Positions 12,053-21,377 of a stretch of 64,000 nucleotides of DNA are shown here, piece after piece. The position numbers and the translations under genes were made by a program. Origin of the DNA: an uncultured delta proteobacterium (lineage in GTDB: Bacteria > Desulfobacterota > RBG-13-43-22); the NCBI GenBank assembly GCA_963743305.1, contig CAVUPH010000032.1, forward strand, positions 64,001-128,000, read 5' to 3'. The notes under the pieces were generated by a model. The model did not search any database. It saw only the letters and a list, made by a program, of their open reading frames with translations, and was not told where the DNA came from. Within the stretch, counting starts at the first letter, position 1, and every line of letters begins with the position of its first letter.

Positions 12053-12496
12053 TCATTTTTGCTGCTGACAAAATCCCTCCTGGCGACTTCTTACCAGATA
12101 AGAGCCAACGATCGCCTCAGCCTCAATTTCCACCAGATGGGCCGGACGGGCCAAGGCCGCAACCTCGGCCATGGTGATTACCGGTTTGATCTCCTTAAAG
12201 AATTCCGAATAGGCCTGCATATATTCAGCGGCCCGCTTGATGTCCGTCACATAAAGGCGCACCCTATAGACTTCCGAGAGCTGGGCCCCCGCCTTGATTA
12301 AAGCCATTTCAATTTTTTGGAAGATGATTTTGGTTTGCCGGTAAGCATCCCCCTCCGCCTCGACCACTCCCTCCGGATTGGTGGTGGTCGTACCGCCTAC
12401 AAAAACGAAGTTCCCGACCTTGACGGCCCGGCTGTAACCCGCCTTTTCTTCCAGAGGCGCGCCAGAAGAAAAGTTCTCTCTCTTCAGCAAATCCAT
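12053..12496 (-). CDS. RidA/YjgF/UK114 family protein, copy 2
   Basis: Near-identical paralog of 4551-4967 (both begin MDLLKRENFSSGAPLEEK). Confidence 0.9.
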   Translation of the reverse strand: MDLLKRENFSSGAPLEEKAGYSRAVKVGNFVFVGGTTTTNPEGVVEAEGDAYRQTKIIFQKIEMALIKAGAQLSEVYRVRLYVTDIKRAAEYMQAYSEFFKEIKPVITMAEVAALARPAHLVEIEAEAIVGSYLVRSRQEGFCQQQK

Positions 12497-12585
12497 AGTC
12501 CGATCCTCTCGCTACTTAACCAGGGCAATCCTTAGTGAAAAAACGATCTTTAATCACTTGCAGCCGAAGCAGGCCTGATTTTTAA

Positions 12586-13653
12586 TCAAAATCCGTACCT
12601 TACATAATCATACTCGCAGGGGTTTCCATAGGCAATGTACATAGCATTGTCCTCAAGATCATAGATTACGGAGGCTACCGTCTTAAAGGGAATGGGCCCA
12701 TCTTGGTCCACATGCCTGCAAATCGCATTCGGGGCGTTGTTATGGTCTCTTAGAACAGCCATCATCGTTTCGGCGGTAATCGACCCGTATTGTCTTTTCA
12801 TAAGCCTATTGATCCGCTGAATACGAAGATAGCTATCCGCCGCCCCCAAGGCGTAGACCCAATCCCCTTTTTGAAATCTGGGAGTCAAATAATGGTTGGA
12901 GTGGACCAGGATATCCTCTTCCGGCTGAAGCACATTAAAATCGTCGGGGACTCCTTCTATCCCGATGATGTCCCCCTCCCGGCTGCCCAAACCATAATAC
13001 AGCAGGCCCCGTCCCGCTTCACAGAAAACCCCCAGGGCATCGCCGATATTTTTTTGCCGCATCGCTTTGTGGTTAACGAACCCACAAGGGATATTTAGGC
13101 GGTGTTGTTCCTGCGGAGCCAAGGTCAGGTTCATGACTAACCCCAGACCGGCTGAGCTTAACGTCCACTCCAGGACACCCCCGAAGGCCAGCGTCAATTG
13201 CTCCAAACCATTGGCGTGTTTTATTTTCAATAAATTCAAAGGAAAATCAGGGGACCAGTCTATGTTTTGTCCGAGTATCGTCTTCCCGCCAGGCGTCGCC
13301 GTGCCCGTAGCCAGAAAAGAAGTGCATAAGGCGGTTATCTGGTTGTAGTAATCGCCCAATTCAATCATACACCTCAGCGCGAAGACCTCCTCAAAGCTGA
13401 CCCCGGCGCCTTCGGCCTGGCCTTTCAACATCTCTATCATCGCTGGATCGAACTTCTCCACGGCCGGGAGAAATTTTTGCGCATTGGCGATTATCTGTTC
13501 CCGGCTGGCCTTATAAACAAACGTAAAGGCCTCCTCATGCATGGCAATGGACTTAACAATATTCTCTTTGGCGCCGGTCCCATACTGTTTGCCGATTTCG
13601 TAGGGTGTACCGCTACACTCGATCACGCTAAACTTCTTCTTATTTAAGGGCAT
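12586..13653 (-). CDS. Peptidase C45 / acyl-CoA:6-APA acyltransferase-like Ntn hydrolase
   Basis: GTPYEIGKQYG, autoproteolytic CTS site, GQNIDW, VHSNHY, DSYLR, ICRH, GNPC. Confidence 0.88.
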   Translation of the reverse strand: MPLNKKKFSVIECSGTPYEIGKQYGTGAKENIVKSIAMHEEAFTFVYKASREQIIANAQKFLPAVEKFDPAMIEMLKGQAEGAGVSFEEVFALRCMIELGDYYNQITALCTSFLATGTATPGGKTILGQNIDWSPDFPLNLLKIKHANGLEQLTLAFGGVLEWTLSSAGLGLVMNLTLAPQEQHRLNIPCGFVNHKAMRQKNIGDALGVFCEAGRGLLYYGLGSREGDIIGIEGVPDDFNVLQPEEDILVHSNHYLTPRFQKGDWVYALGAADSYLRIQRINRLMKRQYGSITAETMMAVLRDHNNAPNAICRHVDQDGPIPFKTVASVIYDLEDNAMYIAYGNPCEYDYVRYGF

Positions 13654-13830
13654 GACTTATCTCTCCTTCTCAGGCGCATCGTCAAATTCCGTTACCTGAA
13701 TTTAGCGGTTCATTCCCATCGCAAAAATCCCTAGCCATCTTTTATAATCACTCACCTCCTTATTTTGAGCCAGTTCCAGAGGCTCGACCCGGGGTATTCT
13801 CGCAACCCCAGGGGCCATTTCCGAATATCC

Positions 13831-15273
13831 CTATTCCCCTTGGACCAGACCAGCCACAATCGCACCCGTCCTCTCCAACTCTTCTTTCGACCTCGTTCGC
13901 TGCAGATGTGCGCCACTGATGAAGAAACCCAGCGCTATGATTAGGACAACGATCAAATCAAAGATCTCCGGGATATGGGGGGGAAAAAACATTCCTATGA
14001 GGACAAATAATATGGAGCAGGCTCCCAAACCTGGCACAACGCCATGCTTCCACAGGCTATACTCTCCGGGCTGTTTCCTTCGGTAATAAAAAGTCGAACA
14101 TACGCAGGCTATGCCGTAGCAGGCCAGAGCAGCAGCCATAGCGATGATCACCCCTACGGCCAAGCACCACTGCAACGGGCCGTTATCCCCCCCCCACAGG
14201 AGGGAACCTGGTATCATCGTGATCAGACCAAACGCGTACACCGTCAAAATCGCTACCCAGGGGGTCCTGAACCTCGAATGAAGTCTGCCAAATACCCGTG
14301 GAAGTATCCCCGCTCGTCCCATGGAATATAAAATTCGGGCCACTCCCATCATGCCCGCCGAGGCCGGCCCGATCGTGCCCAGAGTCACTACCCCGATTAA
14401 AAGGACAAAGCCGGGGAAGCCCCAAAATTTCTTGCTGAGCGTCACTATAACCGGGTCTTCTATGGTCCAGCCCCTCATTTCGTTCCAGAAGCCATAGATA
14501 GTCATGGTAGTGTAGATAACATAGAAAATAGTACCAATGATAATAGATACAACGAGGCCGAAGCCCACCCCCTTCAGGGGATCCTTGGCTTCCTCACCCA
14601 TGGCGGCTACAGCCTCAAAGCCGACAAAAACGACTGTGCCCCATAACAATCCGTAGGCAGCGCCGCTAACCCCTTTCAACCCTTCAAGTTTTCCCATGAG
14701 CGGGAGGAGACTGGTTCCTTCCATCGCTCCGCCGTGGAAGGGTCCGTTAGTCATAACATAGGCCGCCAGGGCGAGCACACAAGCAATCTGGAACAAAGCG
14801 GAGTAAAATAAAAACCTAAAACTCGCCGCAACTCCTATCCAAGCAAGAAAAGCCACAAAAGCAAAACCTACTGTAAAAATAATCCACCAGGGGACATAAA
14901 TACCGCACTCGGCCAGGAGCCACCACAGGAACCAGTACCCTAAACCGGTTGCCCCTGCCGAAAGAAAGGCCCACATGGTAAAGCTTAGTCCGGCAACAAC
15001 CCAGCCCACTCTGAATCCAATAGCATTGATGGCAAAGGTATAGAAAGATCCGGCAGAGGGGAGTTTCCTGGTAAGCTGAGACATGCTGTAGGCTACGATG
15101 AGCATCATGATGCCGGAGAGGACCATGGTGACCGGTGTCAAAACCCCGGTGAAGTAGATTACAGAACCAATGGCGACCGCCGCCCCAGCACCGGGGGTAT
15201 AAAAAGAAACTCCTGCCCAGGCCAGCATCCACTTGCCTAAAGCCCTGGATTCTAGCCTGTTCAACTTCTTCAT
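13831..15273 (-). CDS. APC-family amino acid/amine permease
   Basis: LPSAGSFYTF, FVGFEAVAAMGEEAKDP, ARILYSMGRAG, HSRFRTPW; start at ATG 15273 after GAGGAGG RBS. Confidence 0.9.
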   Translation of the reverse strand: MKKLNRLESRALGKWMLAWAGVSFYTPGAGAAVAIGSVIYFTGVLTPVTMVLSGIMMLIVAYSMSQLTRKLPSAGSFYTFAINAIGFRVGWVVAGLSFTMWAFLSAGATGLGYWFLWWLLAECGIYVPWWIIFTVGFAFVAFLAWIGVAASFRFLFYSALFQIACVLALAAYVMTNGPFHGGAMEGTSLLPLMGKLEGLKGVSGAAYGLLWGTVVFVGFEAVAAMGEEAKDPLKGVGFGLVVSIIIGTIFYVIYTTMTIYGFWNEMRGWTIEDPVIVTLSKKFWGFPGFVLLIGVVTLGTIGPASAGMMGVARILYSMGRAGILPRVFGRLHSRFRTPWVAILTVYAFGLITMIPGSLLWGGDNGPLQWCLAVGVIIAMAAALACYGIACVCSTFYYRRKQPGEYSLWKHGVVPGLGACSILFVLIGMFFPPHIPEIFDLIVVLIIALGFFISGAHLQRTRSKEELERTGAIVAGLVQGE

Positions 15274-15403
15274 CCATTTAACCCCTCCTCTAAAAATCGC
15301 GGTGGGCCTATAAGCCTTCAACCGGACAATCTGTGGGCCGGAGCAAAAGCCGTATCCTAACCCCTGCGCAAACCCTATTTCATTAGTCTGCCCCTGCGCC
15401 AAG

Positions 15404-16831
15404 TTACGCGCCATAGCGGTACCGGTAATCATCCGTCAGCACACAGCGTCGGACCCGGGTGAAGGTCCGGGGACGGGTCAGACCCTCCCCGCCGGTGGCC
15501 ACATGGAGGGACTTGAAACCCTCCCCGTCCACACCGATCCCGGCCACGGAGGCGCCGTTTTTCACCAGTTGTGAGGCGTCGGCCCGGCTGGCCAGGCGGG
15601 CCATATTGGCCAGGCTGTTGGAGTGAAAAACGATGGTGTGACGCATCCCCTGCTCCGCGGCAATCCCCAGGGTCAGGGCTTCTTCAAAGTCCCGGCAGCG
15701 GACCAGCGGCAGGATGGGCATGATCTGCTCCGTCCAGATGAGGGGGTGTTCGGCGTCGGTCTCCAGGATGGCGATCCGGGTCTCGGACGGAATGGTCAGT
15801 CCGATGGTCCGCTGGAGGATCTCGGCCACCGGCCGGCCGATATAGTCCATGTTGATGACGCTCTGGACCCTCCCGGGACGGATCTCCTTGAAGATCACCG
15901 GCACCAGGGCCCGCCCCTGTTCGGCGGTAAGTTCAAAGGCCCCGTGCTGTTTCAACCGCTCTTTGAGCCGGTCGGCGGCCGAGGCCACCACGAAGATCTC
16001 CTTTTCGCTGGAACAGGGGGTGCAGTTGCTCAACGAGGCGCCCCGAATGATGCAGCGGGCGGCCCGGTCCAGGTCGGCCGTCTCGTCCACGATGACCGGG
16101 GGATTGCCGGGTCCCCCGGAGATGACCCGTTTTCCGGTCTGGGCCGCAAATTCCACGACCCGGTGTCCGCCGGTAACCGCGATCATGTCCACCAGGGGAT
16201 GGGTCATCAGCATCTGGGCCGTGGGGATCGAGGGTTCCGCCACCGTGGTCAGGCAGTCCGGCGGGCCTCCGGCGGCGACGATGGCCCGATTCAGGTCCCG
16301 GACCACCCGGGCCGAGATCTCCTTGGTCTTGGGATGGGGGTTGAAAACAACAGAATTCCCGCCGGCCAGCATGAGGATGCTGTTGTGGAGGATGCCGGGG
16401 GCGGCGTTGGTGACGGCGTTGACCGAAGCGATGACCCCGACCGGAATCCTTTCCAGCAGCGTGGTCCCCCGATCGCCGCTGAACACTTCGGGGGCCAGAT
16501 CCTCCAGGCCGGGGGCCTGACAGGCCACCTCGATCTTCAACATGGTGCCTTCCACGGCCCCCAATTCGGCTTCGGCCAATTCGAGTTCGCCGTAGGTCCG
16601 CCGGTTGGCCAACCCCACCTGCCTGATGATTTGAATTATTTTTTCCCGCAGTTCCAGGGAAAGCCCGACCAGTGCCGCCTGGGCCTTGACCGCCGCCTGA
16701 ATGGCCTCTTCCATGGTCCCGTACACCCCCCAGGCGGTCTCCGCGGCTGAAGACGTCTGTCCCGAACCGGCGGCCGGGTTCATTTCCGACCAGATCAGGG
16801 AAACGATCCGTTCAATCTGATTTTTATCCAT
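15404..16831 (-). CDS. BMC-associated aldehyde dehydrogenase (EutE/PduP-like) with N-terminal encapsulation peptide
   Basis: N-terminal helix MDKNQIERIVSLIWSEM plus low-complexity linker; GNSVVFNPHP, TGG, GPGNPPVIVDETADL, PCSSEKE, GEG..RPRTFTRVRRC. Confidence 0.9.
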   Translation of the reverse strand: MDKNQIERIVSLIWSEMNPAAGSGQTSSAAETAWGVYGTMEEAIQAAVKAQAALVGLSLELREKIIQIIRQVGLANRRTYGELELAEAELGAVEGTMLKIEVACQAPGLEDLAPEVFSGDRGTTLLERIPVGVIASVNAVTNAAPGILHNSILMLAGGNSVVFNPHPKTKEISARVVRDLNRAIVAAGGPPDCLTTVAEPSIPTAQMLMTHPLVDMIAVTGGHRVVEFAAQTGKRVISGGPGNPPVIVDETADLDRAARCIIRGASLSNCTPCSSEKEIFVVASAADRLKERLKQHGAFELTAEQGRALVPVIFKEIRPGRVQSVINMDYIGRPVAEILQRTIGLTIPSETRIAILETDAEHPLIWTEQIMPILPLVRCRDFEEALTLGIAAEQGMRHTIVFHSNSLANMARLASRADASQLVKNGASVAGIGVDGEGFKSLHVATGGEGLTRPRTFTRVRRCVLTDDYRYRYGA

Positions 16832-16867
16832 GGCTATTCCAGTCCCCAATTATCCGTTTGATCCGGC

Positions 16868-18322
16868 TCAAGCCGTAAGACCATAGCGGTAGCGAAAGTC
16901 ATCGGTCAGGACACAGCGCCGCACCAGGGTGAAGACCCGGGGCCGGGTGTGCCCTTCGCCGTTGGTGGCGATGTGAAAGGAGACGAACCCCTCCCCGGCG
17001 ACGCCGACGCTGGCCAGTCCGCAGGAGCCGTTTTTGACGAAGGCCGCGCACTTGGCGCGTGCGGCCATTTTTCGAATGGTCTCCAGGTTGTTGGAGTGGA
17101 TGGCCATGGTGTGGCCGTTGCCCTGTTCCGCGGCGATGGCCCGGTCGATGGCCTCCCCCGCGTCCCGGCAGCGAACCAGGGGGATGACCGGCATGATCTG
17201 CTCGGTCCAGACCAGGGGGTGATCGGGCCCCGTTTCCAGGATCACGATCTTGGCCTCCGGACCCACCGTCAGGCCGATGGCCTGGAGGATGAAGGAAGGT
17301 GGCTTGCCGATGTACTCCATGTTGATCACCCCCGGCCGGCCGGGCTCCCGGATTTCTTTGAAGATACGCGGGAGCAGTTCCTGCCCCTGCGGTACGGTGA
17401 TTTCATAGGCCCCGTACCGCTTCAACAGTTCCTTGAAGCGGTCGGCCACGGCGTCCACCACAAAAAGCTCCTTCTCGCTGGCGCAGGCCATGCAGTTCGA
17501 GAAGGAGGCCCCTTCGATCACACAGCGGGCGGCCCGGTCCAGATCGGCTGTTTCGTCGACCACCACCGGCGGGTTGCCGGGGCCGCCGGCGATCAGCCGC
17601 TTACCGGTCTGGGCGGCAAAAGCCACCACCCCGTGCCCGCCGGTGACGGCGATCAGCCGGATCAGGGGATGGGTCATGAGCTGCTGGGCCGAAGGCACCG
17701 AGGGTTCCTCCAGGCAACAGATGCAGTTGGCCGGCCCCCCGGCCTCCTGGATGGCCCGATTTAGGTCCCGCACCACCCGGGCCGCCACGTTCCTGGTCTT
17801 GGGGTGGGGGTTGTTGACCACCGTGTTTCCCCCGGCCAGCATCATGATGGCGTTGAACAGGATGGTGGGAGCACCGTTGGTCACCGGGTTCACCGAGGCG
17901 ATGACTCCCACCGGGATCCTTTCGATGATGGTTACACCCTTGTCTCCGGCGAAGACCTCCGGGATCAGGTCCTCCATCCCCAGGACCTCACAGGCGGAAA
18001 GATTTTTTTTGATATTGTCTTCCGCAGAACCTAAGCCGGTCTCCAAATATTCCATTTGCCCGTAGGTTTCGGCCCCGGTCCGCCCGACCCGGCGTATAAC
18101 CTGCAGGATTTCCTCCCGCTTCCGCAGCGGCAAGGCCATCAATTCTTTTTGCGCCCGGGCCGCCGCTTGAATACAGCTTTCAATGTCCGGAAAGACCCCG
18201 TCTCTTGCCGCCAAGGGGAACGATTCCGGAGCAGATTCTTCGGATACCTCGAACCCCTCGCTTTCCAGGCGACGAATGACCCGGGAAACGATCTGTTCAA
18301 GCCGCTCTTTAGCTAAAGCCAT
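16868..18322 (-). CDS. BMC-associated aldehyde dehydrogenase (EutE/PduP-like), paralog 2, with encapsulation peptide
   Basis: LAKERLEQIVSRVIRRLES N-terminus; GPGNPPVVVDETADL, ACASEKE, EQIMPVIP. Confidence 0.9.
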   Translation of the reverse strand: MALAKERLEQIVSRVIRRLESEGFEVSEESAPESFPLAARDGVFPDIESCIQAAARAQKELMALPLRKREEILQVIRRVGRTGAETYGQMEYLETGLGSAEDNIKKNLSACEVLGMEDLIPEVFAGDKGVTIIERIPVGVIASVNPVTNGAPTILFNAIMMLAGGNTVVNNPHPKTRNVAARVVRDLNRAIQEAGGPANCICCLEEPSVPSAQQLMTHPLIRLIAVTGGHGVVAFAAQTGKRLIAGGPGNPPVVVDETADLDRAARCVIEGASFSNCMACASEKELFVVDAVADRFKELLKRYGAYEITVPQGQELLPRIFKEIREPGRPGVINMEYIGKPPSFILQAIGLTVGPEAKIVILETGPDHPLVWTEQIMPVIPLVRCRDAGEAIDRAIAAEQGNGHTMAIHSNNLETIRKMAARAKCAAFVKNGSCGLASVGVAGEGFVSFHIATNGEGHTRPRVFTLVRRCVLTDDFRYRYGLTA

Positions 18323-18427
18323 CTTTGGTGGATACCCTCCTTGTGTTCAGGCATTGGTCCCATTTTCCAGCAGGGCCTTGGCCCTCGTCGGTTGTTTGCC
18401 GAAATCTCAGGCCGATATTTTAGATAT

Positions 18428-19426
18428 CTAGTTTTTACCTAAACCGGGCTTACTTCTCTTCTTTTTATCCTCCCCCCGTGAGAAACCTTCCCCGGCAGAT
18501 AGCAGGGTATAATATTTCGCCTCCAGTGGGTTGCCGGTTATGGGGGAATCAGTATCCAGTGAATAAAAAACCGGCCGCTTTCTTATTCCATCCTCAATCT
18601 GGCTCAGACGTTTCAAGGTAGCCGTTTTGTCCACGAAGGCAATCTCGTGGATTAAAGCCCCCAACAGGGTCAGGATATGGGAAAAAGGATCTACAAAAGA
18701 CAATCCCTCCACATCCACGATGAGGTATTGGTCGGAAAGGGGAATAATCGGCGATTTGGGGGTATCGCTGATCCCAACGACAAAGGCACGACACTTTTTG
18801 GCGAATTCGATCAACTCGATGGCCTGATTGGCATAGCGGGGGAAAGCGAAGACCACTAGAAGCAGGGAAGAACCATGGAGGGCAATATGGTCGAAGTTCT
18901 CCCAGGAAAGCTGGGTATCCAGACGCACTCCCGGTCGGATCTTTTTCAGGAGAAAGCCAAAATAGGAAGCCAGAACGGAGGAAGCCCGGTAGCCGGCTAC
19001 GAGAACGCGTTCACTCCGGAAAATCTTGCGGGCCAGATTTTTAATTTCCTGTTCCGAAATGGAATGAATCATATGTTCCAGATTCCGCAGGGTGTTTTGA
19101 TGATAGGCCTTCATGGGAGTCAGATTGTCGGTCCGTTTGGTGGACTTCAACATACGCTCCACACTGGTCAATTCAATATGGAGCAGCCCCTTAACGTAGA
19201 CTTCAAATTCCTCATACCCGGAAAATCCGAGATCCAGAACAAAGCGAGTGACGGTAGGTTCGCTCACCCGGCATTCCCTAGCGATTTCTTTGGCTTTGAT
19301 CAAAAAAAGCTTTTTATAATCGTTGATGATGAAATCCGCGATCCGTTTCTTCTTAGGCGACAGTCCGGGATAAATATTGATGATGCGATCGAAGAGTTCT
19401 TTTTTTGCAGAATTGGTTTTCATCAA
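18428..19426 (-). CDS. MurR/RpiR-family transcriptional regulator
   Basis: HTH LSPKKKRIADFI..VSEPTVTRFVLDLGFSGY followed by SIS domain (AFPRYA, ISDTPKSPI). Confidence 0.9.
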   Translation of the reverse strand: MMKTNSAKKELFDRIINIYPGLSPKKKRIADFIINDYKKLFLIKAKEIARECRVSEPTVTRFVLDLGFSGYEEFEVYVKGLLHIELTSVERMLKSTKRTDNLTPMKAYHQNTLRNLEHMIHSISEQEIKNLARKIFRSERVLVAGYRASSVLASYFGFLLKKIRPGVRLDTQLSWENFDHIALHGSSLLLVVFAFPRYANQAIELIEFAKKCRAFVVGISDTPKSPIIPLSDQYLIVDVEGLSFVDPFSHILTLLGALIHEIAFVDKTATLKRLSQIEDGIRKRPVFYSLDTDSPITGNPLEAKYYTLLSAGEGFSRGEDKKKRSKPGLGKN

Positions 19427-19443
19427 AGATTCGGGGAAAAGGG

Positions 19444-20061
19444 TTAGTGGTCCCGACCCACCAAGGTGGCCAGAGCTTCCTCGGCGGCTGCCTTCGCGGC
19501 CTGAATGTTGGAGAGGGTTCCGGATAGATAGACCCGTCCGCTGGCTCCGAAGACGCTGGCATGAACCAGTTTGATATCCGCCGCCTTCTCCGCCTCATTG
19601 GCCGCGAATCCGGCATAGCCGGCCGGCACGACTTCAAGGATATACAGGGCGTCATCGGCCAAAATCATGTTGGCGTCCCGAAACCGGTTGACGATGGGGG
19701 TCATGAAAGGGTCGATCCGATCGATGGTTTCGGCCGCCAGTATCTTGGGCTTCAACCGGTCGGTCTCCTTCATTCCCAGATAATTCAAAACCACCTCCCC
19801 GGCTTCCCGGACATCGGCCGGAGAATCTCCGTGGACTTCCAGCATGCCATAGGTCCGTTCCACCACCATGGCCCCCGGTCGAACCTTGGCCTTTTTAAGC
19901 ACCACATCTGTCAGGGAATTGATCTCGATCCCCGGGGCAATTTCCAGAAAAAGACCCGATTGACCGGCGACCGGGTAGTAGCCTCGCGCCGTGCTGCTGA
20001 TGTAACCGACGAATTGCTTCTGCAGTTGATCAATAAAGGCAAAGGCTCGCAGTTCAATCAT
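19444..20061 (-). CDS. BMC-T shell protein, circularly permuted double-stacking type (CcmP/CsoS1D-like)
   Basis: ELRAFAFIDQLQKQF..TARGYYP..EIAPGIEI...VVERTYGMLEVH...LEVVPAGYAGFAANEAEKAA..GASGRVYLSG. Confidence 0.9.
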   Translation of the reverse strand: MIELRAFAFIDQLQKQFVGYISSTARGYYPVAGQSGLFLEIAPGIEINSLTDVVLKKAKVRPGAMVVERTYGMLEVHGDSPADVREAGEVVLNYLGMKETDRLKPKILAAETIDRIDPFMTPIVNRFRDANMILADDALYILEVVPAGYAGFAANEAEKAADIKLVHASVFGASGRVYLSGTLSNIQAAKAAAEEALATLVGRDH

Positions 20062-20071
20062 GGGAGCTCCT

Positions 20072-21277
20072 CTAGATGCTCTTTAACCATTCCCGCTTAT
20101 TCGGGCAGATGGCCGTGTTGATGGTGCAAGTGGCGTTTCCCTGGCAGGTACAGACGTGGTCGCCCCCCCGACTGAAGCGGCTGTAACAGAAATCGCTGAT
20201 CGGCTGCGCTACCCGGCAGTCCATGATCAAATCGGCGATCAGGCGGCCGATGGCCGGGGCCAGGCCAAAACCATGGCCGCTGAACCCCGCACAAAAAACA
20301 AATCCGGGGACTTCGCCGGTAAAACCGAGGATGGGGATACCATCCGACACTTGATCGATCAGCCCGGACCACACGCGAATGACCTGGACGTTTTTCAGGA
20401 TCGGGAAATAATCCAGGACCTGGCGGGAAATGGCCGGGCCGATGAAGTTGAACAGGGGCTTCCCGTCGCGGTAGATAAAATTCTCCGTTCCCACAAATCC
20501 CCCCCAGAAAAACGGTCCGTGAACGGTCTGGCGCCCGTAAAACAGCCCCCGGGCATGACCGATCATCTGCGGGAACAGCGGCGGGTAGGGTTCGGTAATC
20601 AAGGCCTCGGAAAACACCGGTTTCATGGGATAATCCAACCCCACCAGATTGGCGATCTTCCGACCCCCGATCCCGGCGGCATTGACGACCAGGTCCGTGT
20701 CGAAGACCTGTTTATCCGTTATAATTCGGGCGACCTTTCCCTTTTTCAACTTGAGGTCCACCACTTGCTCTTGGGTAAAGAATCGCGCCCCCAATCGCTT
20801 GGCTTTCAGAAAAAATCCGTAGGTCACCCGGAAGGGGTTGGCATGCCCGTCCGTCGGGCAATAACTGGCGCCAATCACTTTTTCCCCCACGTGGGGATTG
20901 ATGTCCAGGACTTGTTGTCGATCGAGCATCTCCAGCTCCAGGCCGGTCGTTCGTTGATTCTCCACTGACTTCCGCATCGTAGCCAGATCTTCCTCGGTGG
21001 TGCAGAGGCGCAGGTTTCCCTGGCGGACATATTCCACATCCATTTCCAGTTCTTCGTGAAGCTGGCCGTAGAGGCGGATGCTTTCCAGGGCCAGGGGCAT
21101 CTCTTTGAGATTACGGGCCGACTGCCGGACTCCGCCGCCATTGCTGCCCGAGGCCTCGCCCCCGATATCTCCCTTTTCGATGACCACGGGTTTGAGTCCC
21201 TCTTTGGCCAGATAGTAGGCCACGGCACATCCCATGACCCCTCCTCCCACAATCACTACATCGGCCGTATTCGCCAT
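20072..21277 (-). CDS. FAD-dependent amine dehydrogenase catalytic subunit (sarcosine oxidase beta / proline dehydrogenase beta / DAO family)
   Basis: VVIVGGGVMG, EASGSNGGGVR, DGHANP, WSGL, GFSGHGFGLAPAIG; ATG 21277 after AGGAG. Confidence 0.88.
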   Translation of the reverse strand: MANTADVVIVGGGVMGCAVAYYLAKEGLKPVVIEKGDIGGEASGSNGGGVRQSARNLKEMPLALESIRLYGQLHEELEMDVEYVRQGNLRLCTTEEDLATMRKSVENQRTTGLELEMLDRQQVLDINPHVGEKVIGASYCPTDGHANPFRVTYGFFLKAKRLGARFFTQEQVVDLKLKKGKVARIITDKQVFDTDLVVNAAGIGGRKIANLVGLDYPMKPVFSEALITEPYPPLFPQMIGHARGLFYGRQTVHGPFFWGGFVGTENFIYRDGKPLFNFIGPAISRQVLDYFPILKNVQVIRVWSGLIDQVSDGIPILGFTGEVPGFVFCAGFSGHGFGLAPAIGRLIADLIMDCRVAQPISDFCYSRFSRGGDHVCTCQGNATCTINTAICPNKREWLKSI

Positions 21278-21377
21278 AGTCTCTCCTGCCCTTGACACTC
21301 TCAACCCTTACTCATCCCGATCCACCCAGATCGGTCCGTGGCTTCCAAGATCCCTCTCCGATCCCTTTTCCGGTTTC

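Noticed and set aside
13660-13760. Small leader peptide (MARDFCDGNEPLNSGNGI) between the APC and C45 genes
   Set aside because: The strong RBS is spaced for a 6-codon GTG ORF rather than this ATG; no supporting features.
15623-16750. Long antisense ORFs (also 27731-28858, 38745-39794, 51835-52980, 29245-30477)
   Set aside because: Shadows of GC-rich genes on the opposite strand, with no recognisable motifs.
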